Source: Ruditapes philippinarum | Lineage: Eukaryota | Length of the DNA: 64,000 nucleotides | NCBI RefSeq assembly: GCF_026571515.1 | Contig: NW_026861919.1 | Span: 62,001-126,000, forward strand | Reading direction: 5' to 3' | Shown here: piece after piece, positions 41,301-52,693 of the stretch | How positions within the stretch are numbered: the stretch's first letter is position 1 | How the letters are laid out: every line of letters begins with the position of its first letter | Made by a program: the position numbers and the translations under genes | The notes under the pieces: generated by a model | The model's database searches: none | Told to the model about the DNA's origin: nothing | What the model saw: the letters and a program-made list of their open reading frames with translations, nothing else

Positions 41301-44300
41301 CTATCAGAATGAAAATACTTTCACTAGTTGAGGTAATTCGGAATACTTGTGTATGCGAAGTAAATGTGTAACTATATGAACCTGTGAGATGATAATCATC
41401 AAGTTTTTATTTGTAAAATGCAAAATGCAACAATACCACTTTATATTTAAAATTGTGCTTAAAATTTAGCAGGGATAATCCTATGAATTGCCGATTTCTA
41501 TGGCAAACTAGCTACACAAACTTCAGAAGCTTATTTCCGGTAGACTAGATGATATTCAGACAAATCAAAGCTACAAGATATGTAACAAAGCTGGCCTTTA
41601 TCTGGTCAGGAAATTAAAGCGCATTCCAATGATCTTATATTTGTTGACGAAATATTTTGAATGCCTAAATTGTTTAATATCTGTTTTTGATCGATTGGTG
41701 GTCGTTGACTCCTACTTTAATTGTTTAACAGTACTTGCTAAATGCTCTTTCATAAATTAAATATGTTATAACGAAATTAAAATAGTGTGCATTAATTTTG
41801 CTCTTTTATTCATTGAGGTTATAAATTATTTCATGAAATACATTTAACATTTTTTTCATCTTAGTTTAAATACCGGTAATAAATAACAGTAGGGTAAATA
41901 GTTTCTTGATTATTTTTCTTATTTAGTATAACTTCTCTCTTTCAGTCCATTCAAAAAGGGGTTTGAAGAAAAGGGGTTTGCTAAATATGATGAACTGGAC
42001 GAAGCTTATGGAGAGGTTGACGAAGAAGAGATCAGAGACGATAAACCAAGTGGAAACTGTCCGAGATGGTGTACAAGATGCCCATTTGATAATGTAAGTA
42101 TTGTTTTGTTTTCTTGACGGCAAGTCAAAAAATAACGGTTGAATTAATTCTTCATGTTTCAAGACAAATTTATGAATATCGATGATATAGTGGTCTTTTA
42201 TCAAAATATAGACCTTTACCGCTGAACATCTTAAAATAATTAATTTGGAGGATAAACTGATCCAAATATTTAACAGTCAGTAAACTCTTTGTTTGAATCA
42301 CTGGTGAACATTTTGCAGAAGTTCTAATTAATTTTTGAGAGGAATTCGATGTGAAGAAATATGATTATTTTGTATTTCAGTTGGATCGATTTTACGAAAA
42401 ATTTGTATGTATACAGAAATATTGGAAATGATAAGAGCTTTTATACCTGGGTGCCGGTTAGCATTTGCATGTTGCTCCTGCTTTTATTTTTTTATTTTAG
42501 TTTAATTGGACACATTAGTAAGATTAAACCAGGAAAGTAATGAACTGCTTCTAAAATGAACACATATTTTCTTGAATTCGTTTTTCAGTTAATCTTAAGC
42601 GATTTGTTGCTAAATTGGTTTCAGTCTATGCCAGCCTTTTCTGAATTAAAATTTGCAACTTATGTACAAAACGAGCATAACCGATTAATTTAGGACTTCA
42701 AATATACGTAGAGATGCAATGTATCGCTACAAAAACAAAAAAAAAACGCCTAAATATGAAATATAAACGTGTAATTGCATTTAGAGTATTATGAAATGAA
42801 ACATTCATAAGTCATATTATATATCTTGTCTGCAGGTGTCATGGTTATGCAGATGTGATTTCTGTGCAAGAAGATATCAGATGGCAATTCTCAGCAGCAT
42901 TGGTTTTATGATCTCATTCGGTATAAGATGCAATATGGGTGTAGCTATTGTAAGAATGACAAAGAATGAGACATACGACGAGAATGGTGACGGACTACTA
43001 AATGTATGTATCATTATCAATTTATCATGACCACATGTTATATCTTGCATATCAGACTAGCATTTCCATTTTGTTTACCCATGCCGGAAATTTCATCTAG
43101 CATTGGTTTGGAGAATGCTGAGGATGACGTTATTTCACAGTTATGAATGAAGGTTTAATTTCATACGCTGTTGTAAGAAAATAGTTACGGGTGTAATGAC
43201 TTAAATTTCCATGGAAAATTGTTTTTTCAAGGTAAAGAATTCAAAATATAATGGATTGTGGTAGATAACCAGAGAAAATACGGCAAGCCTCATACCAACA
43301 AATAGGCGGGTCCCCCTTTGGACGGATATTCCAATCCGAATCGCAACATATGACATATAATTTTAGTCTTCACTTTCATAGAAATTTTGCATTATTTACT
43401 TATAATTTCGAGGAAAAAAAGATTAAGCATATACACACAGTAAACAAAGGCGACTAGTAATAAAGGATTACATCTAACATCACAAGTTGTAAGATAGATT
43501 GCGTTTGAAATAGTATATTTTGAAACCGTATATTCACAATTCACATATTATGTATATACATGTATATTATTTTTATATTGATTTTTATCAGCAACCTGAA
43601 TTTACGTGGACTCCGGAGACTATAGGCGTTGTAGACAGTTCTTTCTTCTGGGGTTATATAATAACACAAGTCCCCGGAGGTTACCTAGCCTCAAGACTAC
43701 CAGCCTCGAGGTAAGTACTAACCATGTCAGATTTAATTCATTCTGCTGTTAGAATTGACTAGTTTTTGTTTGGTTTTAACGGTATTACAATTAAACATGT
43801 ATTGAAGAAGGTTTTGCCAGTTTTGCCTATCAAATTTGTATGAATATCTAAATATTTTATAGGGAACAAATCGACACCAATTACATGTCTTGATTTTATT
43901 ATACGTTTGTCATTTGGGCCAACACTGCGAAAATATATGTTTGAAAGCGATTAAGTTTTGTACGGCATTTCTAGATTATATTGTATTTTTGTTAGTATAA
44001 GATCAGTGCCCGTTGCGGAATGTAATCAAATTGACCTACACGAATAATTTACCAAAACAATATTTTTCATGACATGCTCATTGTTCCTCCTAATACAACG
44101 TTCAGTTTCACCATATTTCCTTTTTTGTCGACAATAAAAGTCTCCGCTTATAAATACCGTTTGACATATACATATTACACAGTATTCTCTGCCTTTATGA
44201 AACATTTTCCTGATATGTACATGTTATATTATTATAGTTTTCTATTCAACAAATATAAAAGTCAGTCTAGGGAAAATGATGGGCATATTAACATAGTCTG

Positions 44301-47300
44301 CATTAACGATAAGACCTGTCTAAATCATTTAATGACAATTTCCTGGAGGTTTTCTTCAGATTAATCTAGAATGACATATTTCTGATTCAAGCCTGCTTTT
44401 ATCAGTTAACATTGAATATGGCGCTTTTGGATGTTTCAGGATGAAAGGGAAATCGTGAGAAATCCTATTATTTAAGAATTAAGCTTTCGGTAGGACTGTC
44501 AAGTACATTAAGCTTGATAAGAATGTGATACTTTTAGGTAATATTTAGTTTCTTTGAAAACACGTTTGAGAAACCATTTTAGGGTATAAATATGCCTTCA
44601 AACAAAATTTTGTTTATTGCTTTTGTGATATTATTTCAGAATTTTTGGTCTAGCCATCGGGATATCAGCATGCTTAAATCTCTTTATTCCCGGAGCCGCC
44701 CAAGTTCATTATGGCTTAGTGATGGGTGTAAGAATTCTTCAAGGTCTAGTTGAGGTGAGTTTATTATAACTACAAGAATGTTTCATATACTTTTAGCTTT
44801 TAATTTAACGGTGATAGCCTATACAATACAGTCAAACAGTGAATTAAGGTCACTTTAAGGAGAGACCATGCAATGTCTTTATAAACAAGTGGTCTTTATT
44901 CGGAGTTTATTGTATTTTTATCAATGAAGGTGTTATCGAGTGGTCTTTATTTGCAGGGTAGTCTTTATTCGAAGTTTGTTTTTAACACTGGTTTGACTGT
45001 ATATCTACTTTTCATTTATTTGCCAGATTTTCAAGGGACGATTTGAAAGAACATAGATCTCATGTAAAATGGATTTTACCTTTAGTTATATTTTGTGGCT
45101 AAATGCATTCGACTAGTGTTTTGTCAAGTTGATTTTAGAATGTTGCACAGTAAATCAAATATAGTATAGTTAGTTAGTGGACCAATACATTATGAACATT
45201 TGAAAAAAAGCAGACTTTGAAGAACCTTTGACGATGTCGTAATTTTTCTTTAAAAAATCCAAAAATTATGTGATATATTTTTATGTTTGTTTTTAGGGTG
45301 TAACATATCCAGCCTGTCACGGTATTTGGAGTCACTGGGCCCCACCCCTTGAAAGATCCAAACTAGCAACGACTGCTTTTTGTGGTAAACTTTAATTTAA
45401 TGATTGAATTGTGATGTTGAATATTCTTTGTAATATTTTGTTTAAAAATTTACACTTTGTTTTTTAACTAAATCTAAATTTCTCATTCAAATTTAAGTTT
45501 AAATTGATTTTACTTGAGCATCGTGATATTTATGATACAATCTGCAATACAATATAAAGTAACGGATGATTTGTATTTTGAATCTTGCACAATTGTTGTT
45601 ACAGGATCCTATGCCGGTGCTGTTATAGGAATGCCATTGTCTGGTATACTTACCAAAAGTTTTGGCTGGCAGTCAGGATTCTATGTCTTTGGTAAGTAGT
45701 AAATGTTATTAACACTTTTAAAGGTGGTGAGTAAAAAAATTATAACGCGGTGCTGGGGGGTGGGGGGGTGTTGCACTCATTCATTATCCCTCATGCACAG
45801 ACTCAAGCAAACCGAGTCTGCAAATTTCATGTCACTTTGATGTGAGTAATGCTTCCGAGGGATCACACATTTTTTTACATTAAATATTAACTGTTTTTTT
45901 TTTCATTAAATTTTAAATTAGTTTTTTTAATTTTGTAACATGACATGATGTTTTTTCTTTACAAATAAAATGATAAAGGAATGTGTTCAGTGGCATTCCC
46001 AAAGTTGTTTATTGGAATCATCGTTGTTATGCAAAGTCTCGTTGTCTTAATTAAATCTGGAAGGGCCTTCAACAAGTATCATATTAGTCCTGTTTCTGTG
46101 GGATGAGAGCACTCGATAGTTTCAATTACGTCTCTAGATCGCTGTCTCTTAGAAACTGATGAATTCCATTGTTTTCAATAATCTTCTTCTCACTGTCTGT
46201 TATACCGCAGTATTGTAGGCACCCTCTGTCAAATAAAACTCCTATAAAGCAATAAACAATAGCTCTGCTTCTATCAAATGCCAATAAAAACACGACATTA
46301 ATACAGTCAAGACTTGTGTGTCAAATTTGTTTCCTATCATTGAACAATTTGCGATTAGTATTGACTTTTAATACTTGTAATCCCGTATTTTCATAAAATA
46401 TCGGAAAAAAGATGGTCAAAAAAGTAAGTTTTAACCAATTCATAATTTACAACATATATGTAATGATATGCAACAATTAGATAAATGTTGATATTTATTT
46501 GCTTATGAAAGTGTTCGGACAATTTTTGAAGCTCCTTGAAAAATACCATATAAGAAAAAAAACTAGATCTTTAGGGTATAACATAACCGGGTATCAGTAT
46601 TCAGTTAGACTACGAAATTTATAGCACTTTTGTAAGATATATTCATGCATAGAATACTCAAAACCTGTAGTATACGGAGTATACTTTTTATCAGTATAAT
46701 ATAATAAAAGAAATACTAATTATTGCATTGTATGTTCCTTTATTTGATATATTGAACATTTCATGTTCAGTTTTATATCTTTTGTTTATATTATAGACAT
46801 GTCATAATAAAAAAACAAACAGCAAAAAAAAACAAAAACAAAAAAACAATAACAAACAACGAAATTTTTAAATACATCCTGACGTAAAGAAAAAATATAT
46901 CATTTTTTAAACTTTGTTGACAGGTGCTATGGGTATAGTTTGGGCAGTCGTGTGGTGGTTTCTAGCATTTGACACACCAGGCCATCATCCTTACATAACT
47001 GAACATGAGCGCGTTTATATTGAAACTTGTATTGGGGAGAACACATCTGTGTTGAGCAAGGTACGTAAACAAAGTGTCTTTTTCAGAGAAACTTCATACC
47101 TCTTTAATAACCTTATCTGTTGTATATCGAAATTCTGCATTGAATGAAGACATCAATTGTAAAGAAAATGTGTAAGAACTGTACCTTATAAAAGGTAAAC
47201 AGGTGATAAACTGAAAATAATGTTAAATATATGCGGCAAAATTGTTTCAGTAATAAAAGGCCCATTATGCCCTAGAAATATTTTCATTTTTTATATTTCG

Positions 47301-50300
47301 AAATCTGTTTAATTGTTGATGTCCTATTATAGTTTATAAGAGGTTACTCATAAGTTAACAAGATGAATAATCCTTCACTTCAGTTGCGATTAGCAATTAC
47401 ATGTTTGTTTTTATGTTATAGTGATCAGGTATATTTATAGATATGTATACATTTAGCTACCTTTATAAAATTTATAACAAATATATTTACATACAGCGCT
47501 ACTTTCGGCAGGTGATAAACACACTCCAAAACCTAAATGTAACGGTTGTCCTTTTGAAAGGAGAAAAGTGTATTCATTTCGAAGGCATAATGTCTCTTTA
47601 AGACAATTAAATCTTATCTTTGACGCATAAATGACGATTTCATTTTTTTATTGCAGGAAATGAAGACACCATGGTTAAAGTTTTTCAAATCCATGCCAGT
47701 AATTGCTATTATGGTGGCAAATTTTTGTAGAAGTTGGACATTTTACCTGCTAATTATAGAACAACCTACTTATTTTAATGAAGTATTTGACTTCGATTTG
47801 TCAAAGGTAAACATATATAGATCACTTTTCAAGTTATTTATACCAACAACTCTCCACAAAGTTTGTATCAAATTGTAATAAGATTATGTTGAACGGTTGT
47901 AGAAATAATTCATAGTAAAATGGAGCTAAACTTTCTCAATCTCGGTCATTAATCCTATTGGTCGTCTGCTTCATCATCATAATTTTATGGTATTAGCAGT
48001 CGGTCACATGTGAAGAAATAAATAATTACTGGTTAGTTATCCATTAAAGCAGGTAAAGATACACGGACCGCCGATATACACATGTATATGACAAAAAAGT
48101 GTTAAAGATCCTACAACTTATTTTTTTATGGTTTTATATCATAAATATAATGCTAAAATGAAAAGTTATCAATATTGTAAGTTCCAAAGAGCACTATTTG
48201 TAAAGGTATTACCGAATTTACATTTCATGTTTACTTAATAAAATGAGGTAATTAGAAATTTATTTTCTATAAAGTCTAAGTCATACTTTTCAATAGGAAA
48301 TGAATGCATATATTTTAATGATTATATATAATGTGGACAAATATTTGCAGTACATATTTTACCTGTTCTCGATGTTTGAAAATTGTTTTAGAAGCATAAT
48401 TATATACATATATAAATTTTCACTTAAATGTGAAACAACCTTAATTACAACATTCAGGATCTTTAAATTAAGGGTTAAGACCAAACAAACACAAGCTAAG
48501 TATTTAAACTTTCATATCAAGACGGGAATAAAAACACGTTTCATCAAGTTTATTCTGACAATGCTTGACTTTATTTCTATTTATAGAGTGGTATTCTGTC
48601 CGCCCTACCACATCTTATAATGGCGATTATTGTTCCGATAGGAGGTTTTATAGCTGACTACCTGCGCCGCCGAGGTATACTTTCTACAACAGTTGTTAGG
48701 AAAATCTTCAACTGTGGAGGTAAAATGTTAGTTTTCTCATAGTGTAGAAACTTTTGTATATTATTATTATAACAGGGATTGATAGGGACTACCTGTACCA
48801 GTATTCAGCGATTATTTATATAGACATGTCGGCATTTATTTCATTGTAGTTAGTATATTTCTCAAAATTAGGAAACAAGTAAATTACAGCATCTGGGATT
48901 CGCAAGAGTACTAAGCGCAGAACAAGATTCAACTTCCAGCAATGCGCCTTAGTCTAATAAAAATGTATTTATTAGTTGTTTTGTTATATAACGTTACGTT
49001 GATAATGATTGTGTGTTGGGATAGGTAACCTCTGAATTAGCCACTTCATTGACCTGTTTTATGCACACGATGAAATTTCAGAGTAATTCAAATTAATTGG
49101 CAAAATACGATTAATTTTGTAAAAGTACAAACGACCTATGTATCATAATTCTGGGAAATATTATTTTTTTACATTATTAAAGGTTTCGGTATGGAGGCCG
49201 TTTTCCTGTTAGGTGTAGGTTTTACACGTAACACAACCACTGCCATTGTGTGTCTCACACTTGCTGTTGGATTCAGTGGGTTTGCAATATCAGGTATTTT
49301 CATATATTTATCTTTTGATTATTCATTTCTATTTTATAATACTACCTTCCTTCCCAAATCTTCAATTCTTTAGTGCAAATCGCTCGCCATACCGCAAGCT
49401 AGCTGGATAGCATCGTTACATGAAAGACTCCAAAGTCCGTGACGAGATTCGAACCCGCTGAGGTGATAGCCGAGTGATTTAAACTTGACGAACCTAACCA
49501 CTTGGCTTAGGCGGCCATGATATTAACCAGGTCTTGGTTCCTGTTTAAAATATAATGATTTTAATCTCTAGTTCATCTCCGATAATAAGAATTTTCTTAG
49601 AGTTAACAATAAATGGTTTTAAGAAACTTATAAATTTTATGAAAAGGTCATTTGTTAATTGAATTATTTTTTATGCTGCCCGCAAAATTCGGGGGAGCAT
49701 ATAGTCGCCGCCTTGTCCGTCCGTCCGTCTTTCCGTCCGTCCGTCCGCTTTTCTTGTCCGAGACATAACTTTGAAACAACAAAAGGTATCAACATGAAAC
49801 TTTGTAGGTAGATAGATCTCATTGAGAAGCTGTGCAGTGTACAAGAACCGTAACTCTGCCTTGCCTAATTTTTGAATAATTCCCCTTTGTTTATTTTTAC
49901 ACTTTAAACTTTGTCCGGGACATAACTCTAAAAGTATAAAAGGTATCAACATGAAACTTTGTAGGTAGATAGATCTCATTGAGTAGGTGTGCAGTGCACA
50001 AGAACCGTAACTCTGCCTTGCCTAATTTTTGAATTATTCCCCTTTGTTTATTTTACACTTTGAACTTTGTCCGGGTCATAACTCTAAAAGTATAAGAGGT
50101 ATCAACATGAAACATTGTAGGTAGATATATCTCATTGAGTAGGTGTGCAGTGCACAAGAACCGTAACTCTGCCTTGCCTAATTTTTGAATTATCCCCCTT
50201 TGTTTATTTTACACTTTGAACATTGTCCGGGACATAACTCTAAAAGTATAAGAGGTATCAGCATGAAACTTTGTAGGTAGATAGATCTCATTGAGTAGGT

Positions 50301-52267
50301 GTGCAGTGCACAAGGAATGTAACTCTGCCTTGCCTTATTTTTGAATTATTCCCCTTTGTTTATTTTTACACTTTGAACTTTGTCTAGGACATAACTCTAA
50401 AACTATAAGAGGTATCAACATGAAACTTTGTAGGTAGATAGATCTCATTGAGTAGGTGTGCAGTGCACAAGAACCGTCACTCTGCCCTGCCTATGCTTTT
50501 AATTATTCCCCTTTGTTTATTTTCACACTTTGAACTTTGTCCAGGACATAACTCTAAAACTATAAGAGGTATCAACATGAAACTTTGTAGGTAGATAGAT
50601 CTCATTAAGTAGGTTTGCAGAACACAAGACGGTCTTGCCTACTTTTGGAGTAATTGTCCTTTGTTCATTTTGACACTTTGAACTTTGTCCGGGACATTTC
50701 TCTAAAATTATAAGAGATATCAACATGAAACCTTGTAGATAGATAGGTCTCATTGGGTAGAAATGCAGTGCTAAAGAATCATTACTCTACCTTGCCTTAT
50801 TTTGAAGTTATTGCCCTTTGTTTATTTTTACTTTTTTACTTTTGTCCGGGACATAACTCTAAAACTATTAGATATATCAACATGAAACTGTGTAGGTAGC
50901 TAGAAATCATTTGATAGAACTGCAATGCTTAAAGAACCTAAACAAAGCCTTGTCTAATTTTGGAGTTATTGCCCTTTGTTCATTTTTACACTTTGAATTG
51001 TACCCGGGACATAACTCTAAAACTATAAGAGATATCATCAGGAAACTTTATAGATAGATAGATCTCATTGAATAGAAGTGCAGTGCAAAAAAACATAACT
51101 CCGCCTTGCCTAATTTTGGAGTTTTTGCAATTTTCATTTTTTTATACTCTCCTGTGTCCAAAAACTTCTCGGGGAGCATCACCCGGTTCAACCGGTTCTT
51201 GTTTCTGTAATGCATGCAGCTGTTTTTACTTCATTTTCGTGTTTGATTTAAACAATACCATCAACAACACTTGATATGGAAGATTTTTGTTTTGTGATAT
51301 TTTTCAGGATTCAATGTAAACCACTTAGATATAGCCCCTCGTTATGCTAGTATATTGATGGGCTTTAGTAATGGGTTTGGAACAATTGCCGGAATGCTGT
51401 GCCCTATTGTCACAGAACAGTTGACCAAACACGAGGTTAGTTAACATCTAAAACACATCAAACAAATAAAAAGGTTGAAGATATGCTGAATACGATTTAT
51501 TTCCCTTTGGTGTATATATCTGAAATATACTATAATTATTCTTAAGAAAAATATGTACGAACATTGCTTGAAAATAAATTCATTTCATGTAATAAAATCC
51601 TATTACTAAATAAAGTTGACATGTGTATGAAAAGTAATCTTTTATTTTCGTTTTAAAAAATAAACAGCAAGTAATTCGAAAATATCATGTTATAAAAATA
51701 ATAATAGAACACCGTATAAAATTGATAATCTCAGATTGTCTAAATTTCTGTCATTCACCACAATAAAAATAATCTATAAATTGATTTATAATACAGACTG
51801 CAGACGACTGGGAGCGCGTCTTTATCATAGCCAGCTGTGTCCATTTTGCTGGGGTTGCGTTCTATGCTGTGTTCGCTTCCGGTGATAAACAGGAGTGGGC
51901 TGATCCACCACCGGAAGACAACGCGTGGAAACCGGAAGATACGCTTAAAGGAGAGGATAAATTCAATTCGTACGGGAGCTTAAACAAAGAAAGCTTTTCA
52001 CAACAGAACGGCACCATACAGAGCAAAACGGATGATTATGGCTATGGGAATTATGACGACCATTATAATTATGGAAATCAAAATGGGACAGTGCAGCAAA
52101 ATGGTAGCGTAGTAAATGACAGCGGGTACGGATACGACGCCCCTGTCAATTTCAATACTGACTACTTTACGCAATATGCACAACCCACTTATGAAACAAA
52201 AGAGGAATTTGTCCAGAAACAAGCACGAGAGCACGTGTATTTCTCTGATGATGAAAAGGATATATGA
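21527..52267 (+). CDS. VGLUT: Vesicular glutamate transporter (SLC17A6/7/8, eat-4-like), 13 coding exons, about 646 aa. Exons: 21527-21612, 41946-42093, 42836-43003, 43592-43710, 44640-44754, 45297-45384, 45605-45691, 46924-47060, 47657-47806, 48587-48719, 49183-49293, 51308-51435, 51797-52267
   Basis: Family motifs [106 protein letters not shown] and [10 protein letters not shown]. All introns are GT-AG with compatible phases, and the 1941-nt total is divisible by 3. Confidence 0.95.
25027..25186 (+). mobile_element. SINE 3' fragment (related fragments at 53714-53822 and, inverted, about 59825-59870)
   Basis: Shared TTACG.AA..TC.GT.GTTCTACT.AG, GCACC.GAG and ACGT.AA..CCCAACCAAAA tail between copies. 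Confidence 0.6.
26242..26872. mobile_element. Non-autonomous element with a long terminal hairpin (26242-26378), Crypton-like
   Basis: Imperfect inverted arms TTAATACACG...GGAAGGTGATAATCGGCCC / GGGCCGATTATCACCTTCC...CGTGTATTAA around CCCGAGGGCTTTAGCCCGAGGG. TTAATACACTTG near 26384 is inverted to CAAGTGTATTAA near 26865. Confidence 0.6.
28838..29214 (+). repeat. 5' LTR
   Basis: Direct repeat of 33761-34136. Differences seen only in one patch (GTTCAAC vs GTCGGC). Confidence 0.95.
29347..30273 (+). CDS. gag: Gypsy Gag (capsid plus two CCHC zinc knuckles)
   Basis: [64 protein letters not shown] and [14 protein letters not shown]. Ends QEN-TAG. Confidence 0.9.
   Translation: MSDQDIATIFENLSDKLNNISTIIGTQDLSEIVQNFDGNSKYFNDWIKSIEKYAILKGLDDNKIKLVAFQSSKGTVSDFICRYLRDNHRNSWEQLKEEISTRFGEIKDLHHEFYLLRNLKQDLGESVQIFLGKNLLIVLKPLMKIIKLGDNSLIELQLVELFTDNLAHNYLKLKLMREKPKTLQEAITCAMNEQNFRARFSARVKFSNAQNHAKYMNYKANNFNHYYTRNFCVYCKRPGHHVRSCRFRKNEIYFVFHRQNFSRFKKNNSNNSLKSKIKCWKCNNFGHIMRECRKQNFYDRNKINFQEN
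30325..30903 (+). pseudogene. Gypsy integrase C-terminal remnant (post-catalytic region, GPY/F-type)
   Basis: [48 protein letters not shown] and VHAEQIR. No PR, RT, RH or DDE core is present. Confidence 0.85.
32074..32277 (+). repeat. 40-bp minisatellite x5 inside the Gypsy element
   Basis: Unit AAAACCATGCAGATATAACCATAAACACCTTCTTCGATGT. Confidence 0.95.
32335..32379 (+). repeat. (CAA)n microsatellite
   Basis: Directly visible. Confidence 0.95.
33761..34136 (+). repeat. 3' LTR
   Basis: Direct repeat of 28838-29214. Confidence 0.95.
35797..38612 (-). mobile_element. tRNA-derived SINE split by a LINE (SINE parts 35797-35911 and 38561-38612)
   Basis: The rejoined minus strand reads GGCGGCATGACCGAGTGGTTAACGCGTCGGACTAG...CGCATGGGTTTAAACCCCGTCAGGGGC, with A and B boxes. 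Confidence 0.85.
35912..38560 (-). mobile_element. 5'-truncated LINE (RTE-X/L2-like), degenerate ORF2 at about 36415-38560
   Basis: [52 protein letters not shown] and [21 protein letters not shown]. 3' tail AATAAAAAACTTGAAACTTGAA. TAGC duplicated at 35908-35911 and 38561-38564. Confidence 0.9.
39618..39670 (-). mobile_element. MITE terminal fragment, same family as 14685-14786
   Basis: GATCCATGCTGGTCGCAAACCCATTATGTTGGTTTTGTCGTGACACGGCTCA is the reverse complement of that terminus. Confidence 0.65.
41946..42093 (+). CDS. VGLUT: VGLUT exon 2 (cytosolic N-terminus)
   Basis: Acceptor TTCTCTCTTTCAG, donor GTAAGT. Encodes [49 protein letters not shown], phase 0 into exon 3. Confidence 0.85.
42836..43003 (+). 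CDS. VGLUT: VGLUT exon 3
   Basis: [28 protein letters not shown]; AG/GT boundaries. Confidence 0.95.
43592..43710 (+). CDS. VGLUT: VGLUT exon 4
   Basis: [33 protein letters not shown]. Confidence 0.95.
44640..44754 (+). CDS. VGLUT: VGLUT exon 5
   Basis: [38 protein letters not shown]. Confidence 0.95.
44829..44999. mobile_element. Tc1/mariner-type MITE
   Basis: TA|CAGTCAAAC...GTTTGACTG|TA with internal GTGGTCTTTATT repeats. An inverted relative lies at 56835-57015. Confidence 0.8.
45297..45384 (+). CDS. VGLUT: VGLUT exon 6
   Basis: [29 protein letters not shown]. Confidence 0.95.
45605..45691 (+). CDS. VGLUT: VGLUT exon 7
   Basis: [29 protein letters not shown]. Confidence 0.95.
46924..47060 (+). 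CDS. VGLUT: VGLUT exon 8
   Basis: [34 protein letters not shown]. Confidence 0.95.
47657..47806 (+). CDS. VGLUT: VGLUT exon 9
   Basis: [29 protein letters not shown]. Confidence 0.95.
48587..48719 (+). CDS. VGLUT: VGLUT exon 10
   Basis: [44 protein letters not shown]. Confidence 0.95.
49183..49293 (+). CDS. VGLUT: VGLUT exon 11
   Basis: [13 protein letters not shown]...[11 protein letters not shown]. Confidence 0.95.
49372..49516 (-). mobile_element. Degenerate tRNA-derived SINE
   Basis: Minus-strand A-box (GCCAAGTGG) and B-box (GGGTTCGAATC) at tRNA-like spacing. Confidence 0.6.
49668..51203. mobile_element. Helentron/HINE (pearl-like) non-autonomous element carrying a satellite array, in VGLUT intron 11
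   Basis: T-rich ends, subterminal inverted repeat ATGCTGCCCG/CGGGGGAGCAT repeated at the far end (CGGGGAGCAT), (GTCC)n microsatellite, terminal palindrome CCGGTTCAACCGG followed by CTTGTT. Confidence 0.85.
49755..51150 (+). repeat. Tandem array, about 9 copies of a ~157-bp unit
   Basis: AACATGAAACTTTGTAGGTAGATAGATCTCATT (or a variant) recurs at about 49791, 49948, 50104, 50260, 50417, 50574, 50722, 50879 and 51037. Confidence 0.95.
51308..51435 (+). CDS. VGLUT: VGLUT exon 12
   Basis: [35 protein letters not shown]. Confidence 0.95.
51797..52267 (+). CDS. VGLUT: VGLUT exon 13 (last TM and cytosolic tail)
   Basis: [33 protein letters not shown]...SDDEKDI-stop. Confidence 0.95.
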   Translation, partial: TADDWERVFIIASCVHFAGVAFYAVFASGDKQEWADPPPEDNAWKPEDTLKGEDKFNSYGSLNKESFSQQNGTIQSKTDDYGYGNYDDHYNYGNQNGTVQQNGSVVNDSGYGYDAPVNFNTDYFTQYAQPTYETKEEFVQKQAREHVYFSDDEKDI

Positions 52268-52687
52268 TATTGTACAATATTAACTAGGAAATATATTTAA
52301 CTCATTGAAATCATGGACATCGTTTATTGAGTCAACATTAAGTATTTAATACAGTTATGATATAATGTAACAGTGCAATGGTTAATGTCTTAATGTCCTT
52401 TGTTCATTTTAGTAAGCTGCTTTCTTGATACGTAGTGTAACAAAAACAAGAACAAAGTCTTTAAAGTCATGTATAAAATGAACGTAGACATTGACAAGCC
52501 GCTCGTCCAAGTAATATGGACTCTAAACAAGCGCACAATATCTTTGTGATACATTTTTCTAGTCTTTGATGTTATGCATAACATGTTGTAAGATAATTTT
52601 ACATTAATTTATAGTTAAAGAAATCAAAACTGGAATAAGCCTACGATTTGTGCTTCTTATTTCAGTTCACCTTGAAATTTATATCAA

Positions 52688-52693
52688 AATAAA
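52688..52693 (+). promoter_or_regulatory. Candidate VGLUT polyadenylation signal (another at 52825-52830)
   Basis: AATAAA 420 nt after the stop codon. The motif is common in AT-rich DNA, so this is weak evidence. Confidence 0.3.

Noticed and set aside
41927-41945. Upstream alternative acceptor (TTTAG at 41926) for VGLUT exon 2
   Set aside because: Adds 19 nt and breaks the frame. The 41945 acceptor has the better pyrimidine tract.
23240-45830. Recurring ACAG(G/A)CTC...AAACCGAG..TGCAA motif at about 23252, 27533 and 45797
   Set aside because: Looks like fragments of an old interspersed repeat. Ends cannot be defined, so it is not listed as a feature.
49671-50753. ORFs 49671-49979 and 50523-50753
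   Set aside because: Translations of the satellite units of the HINE-like element.
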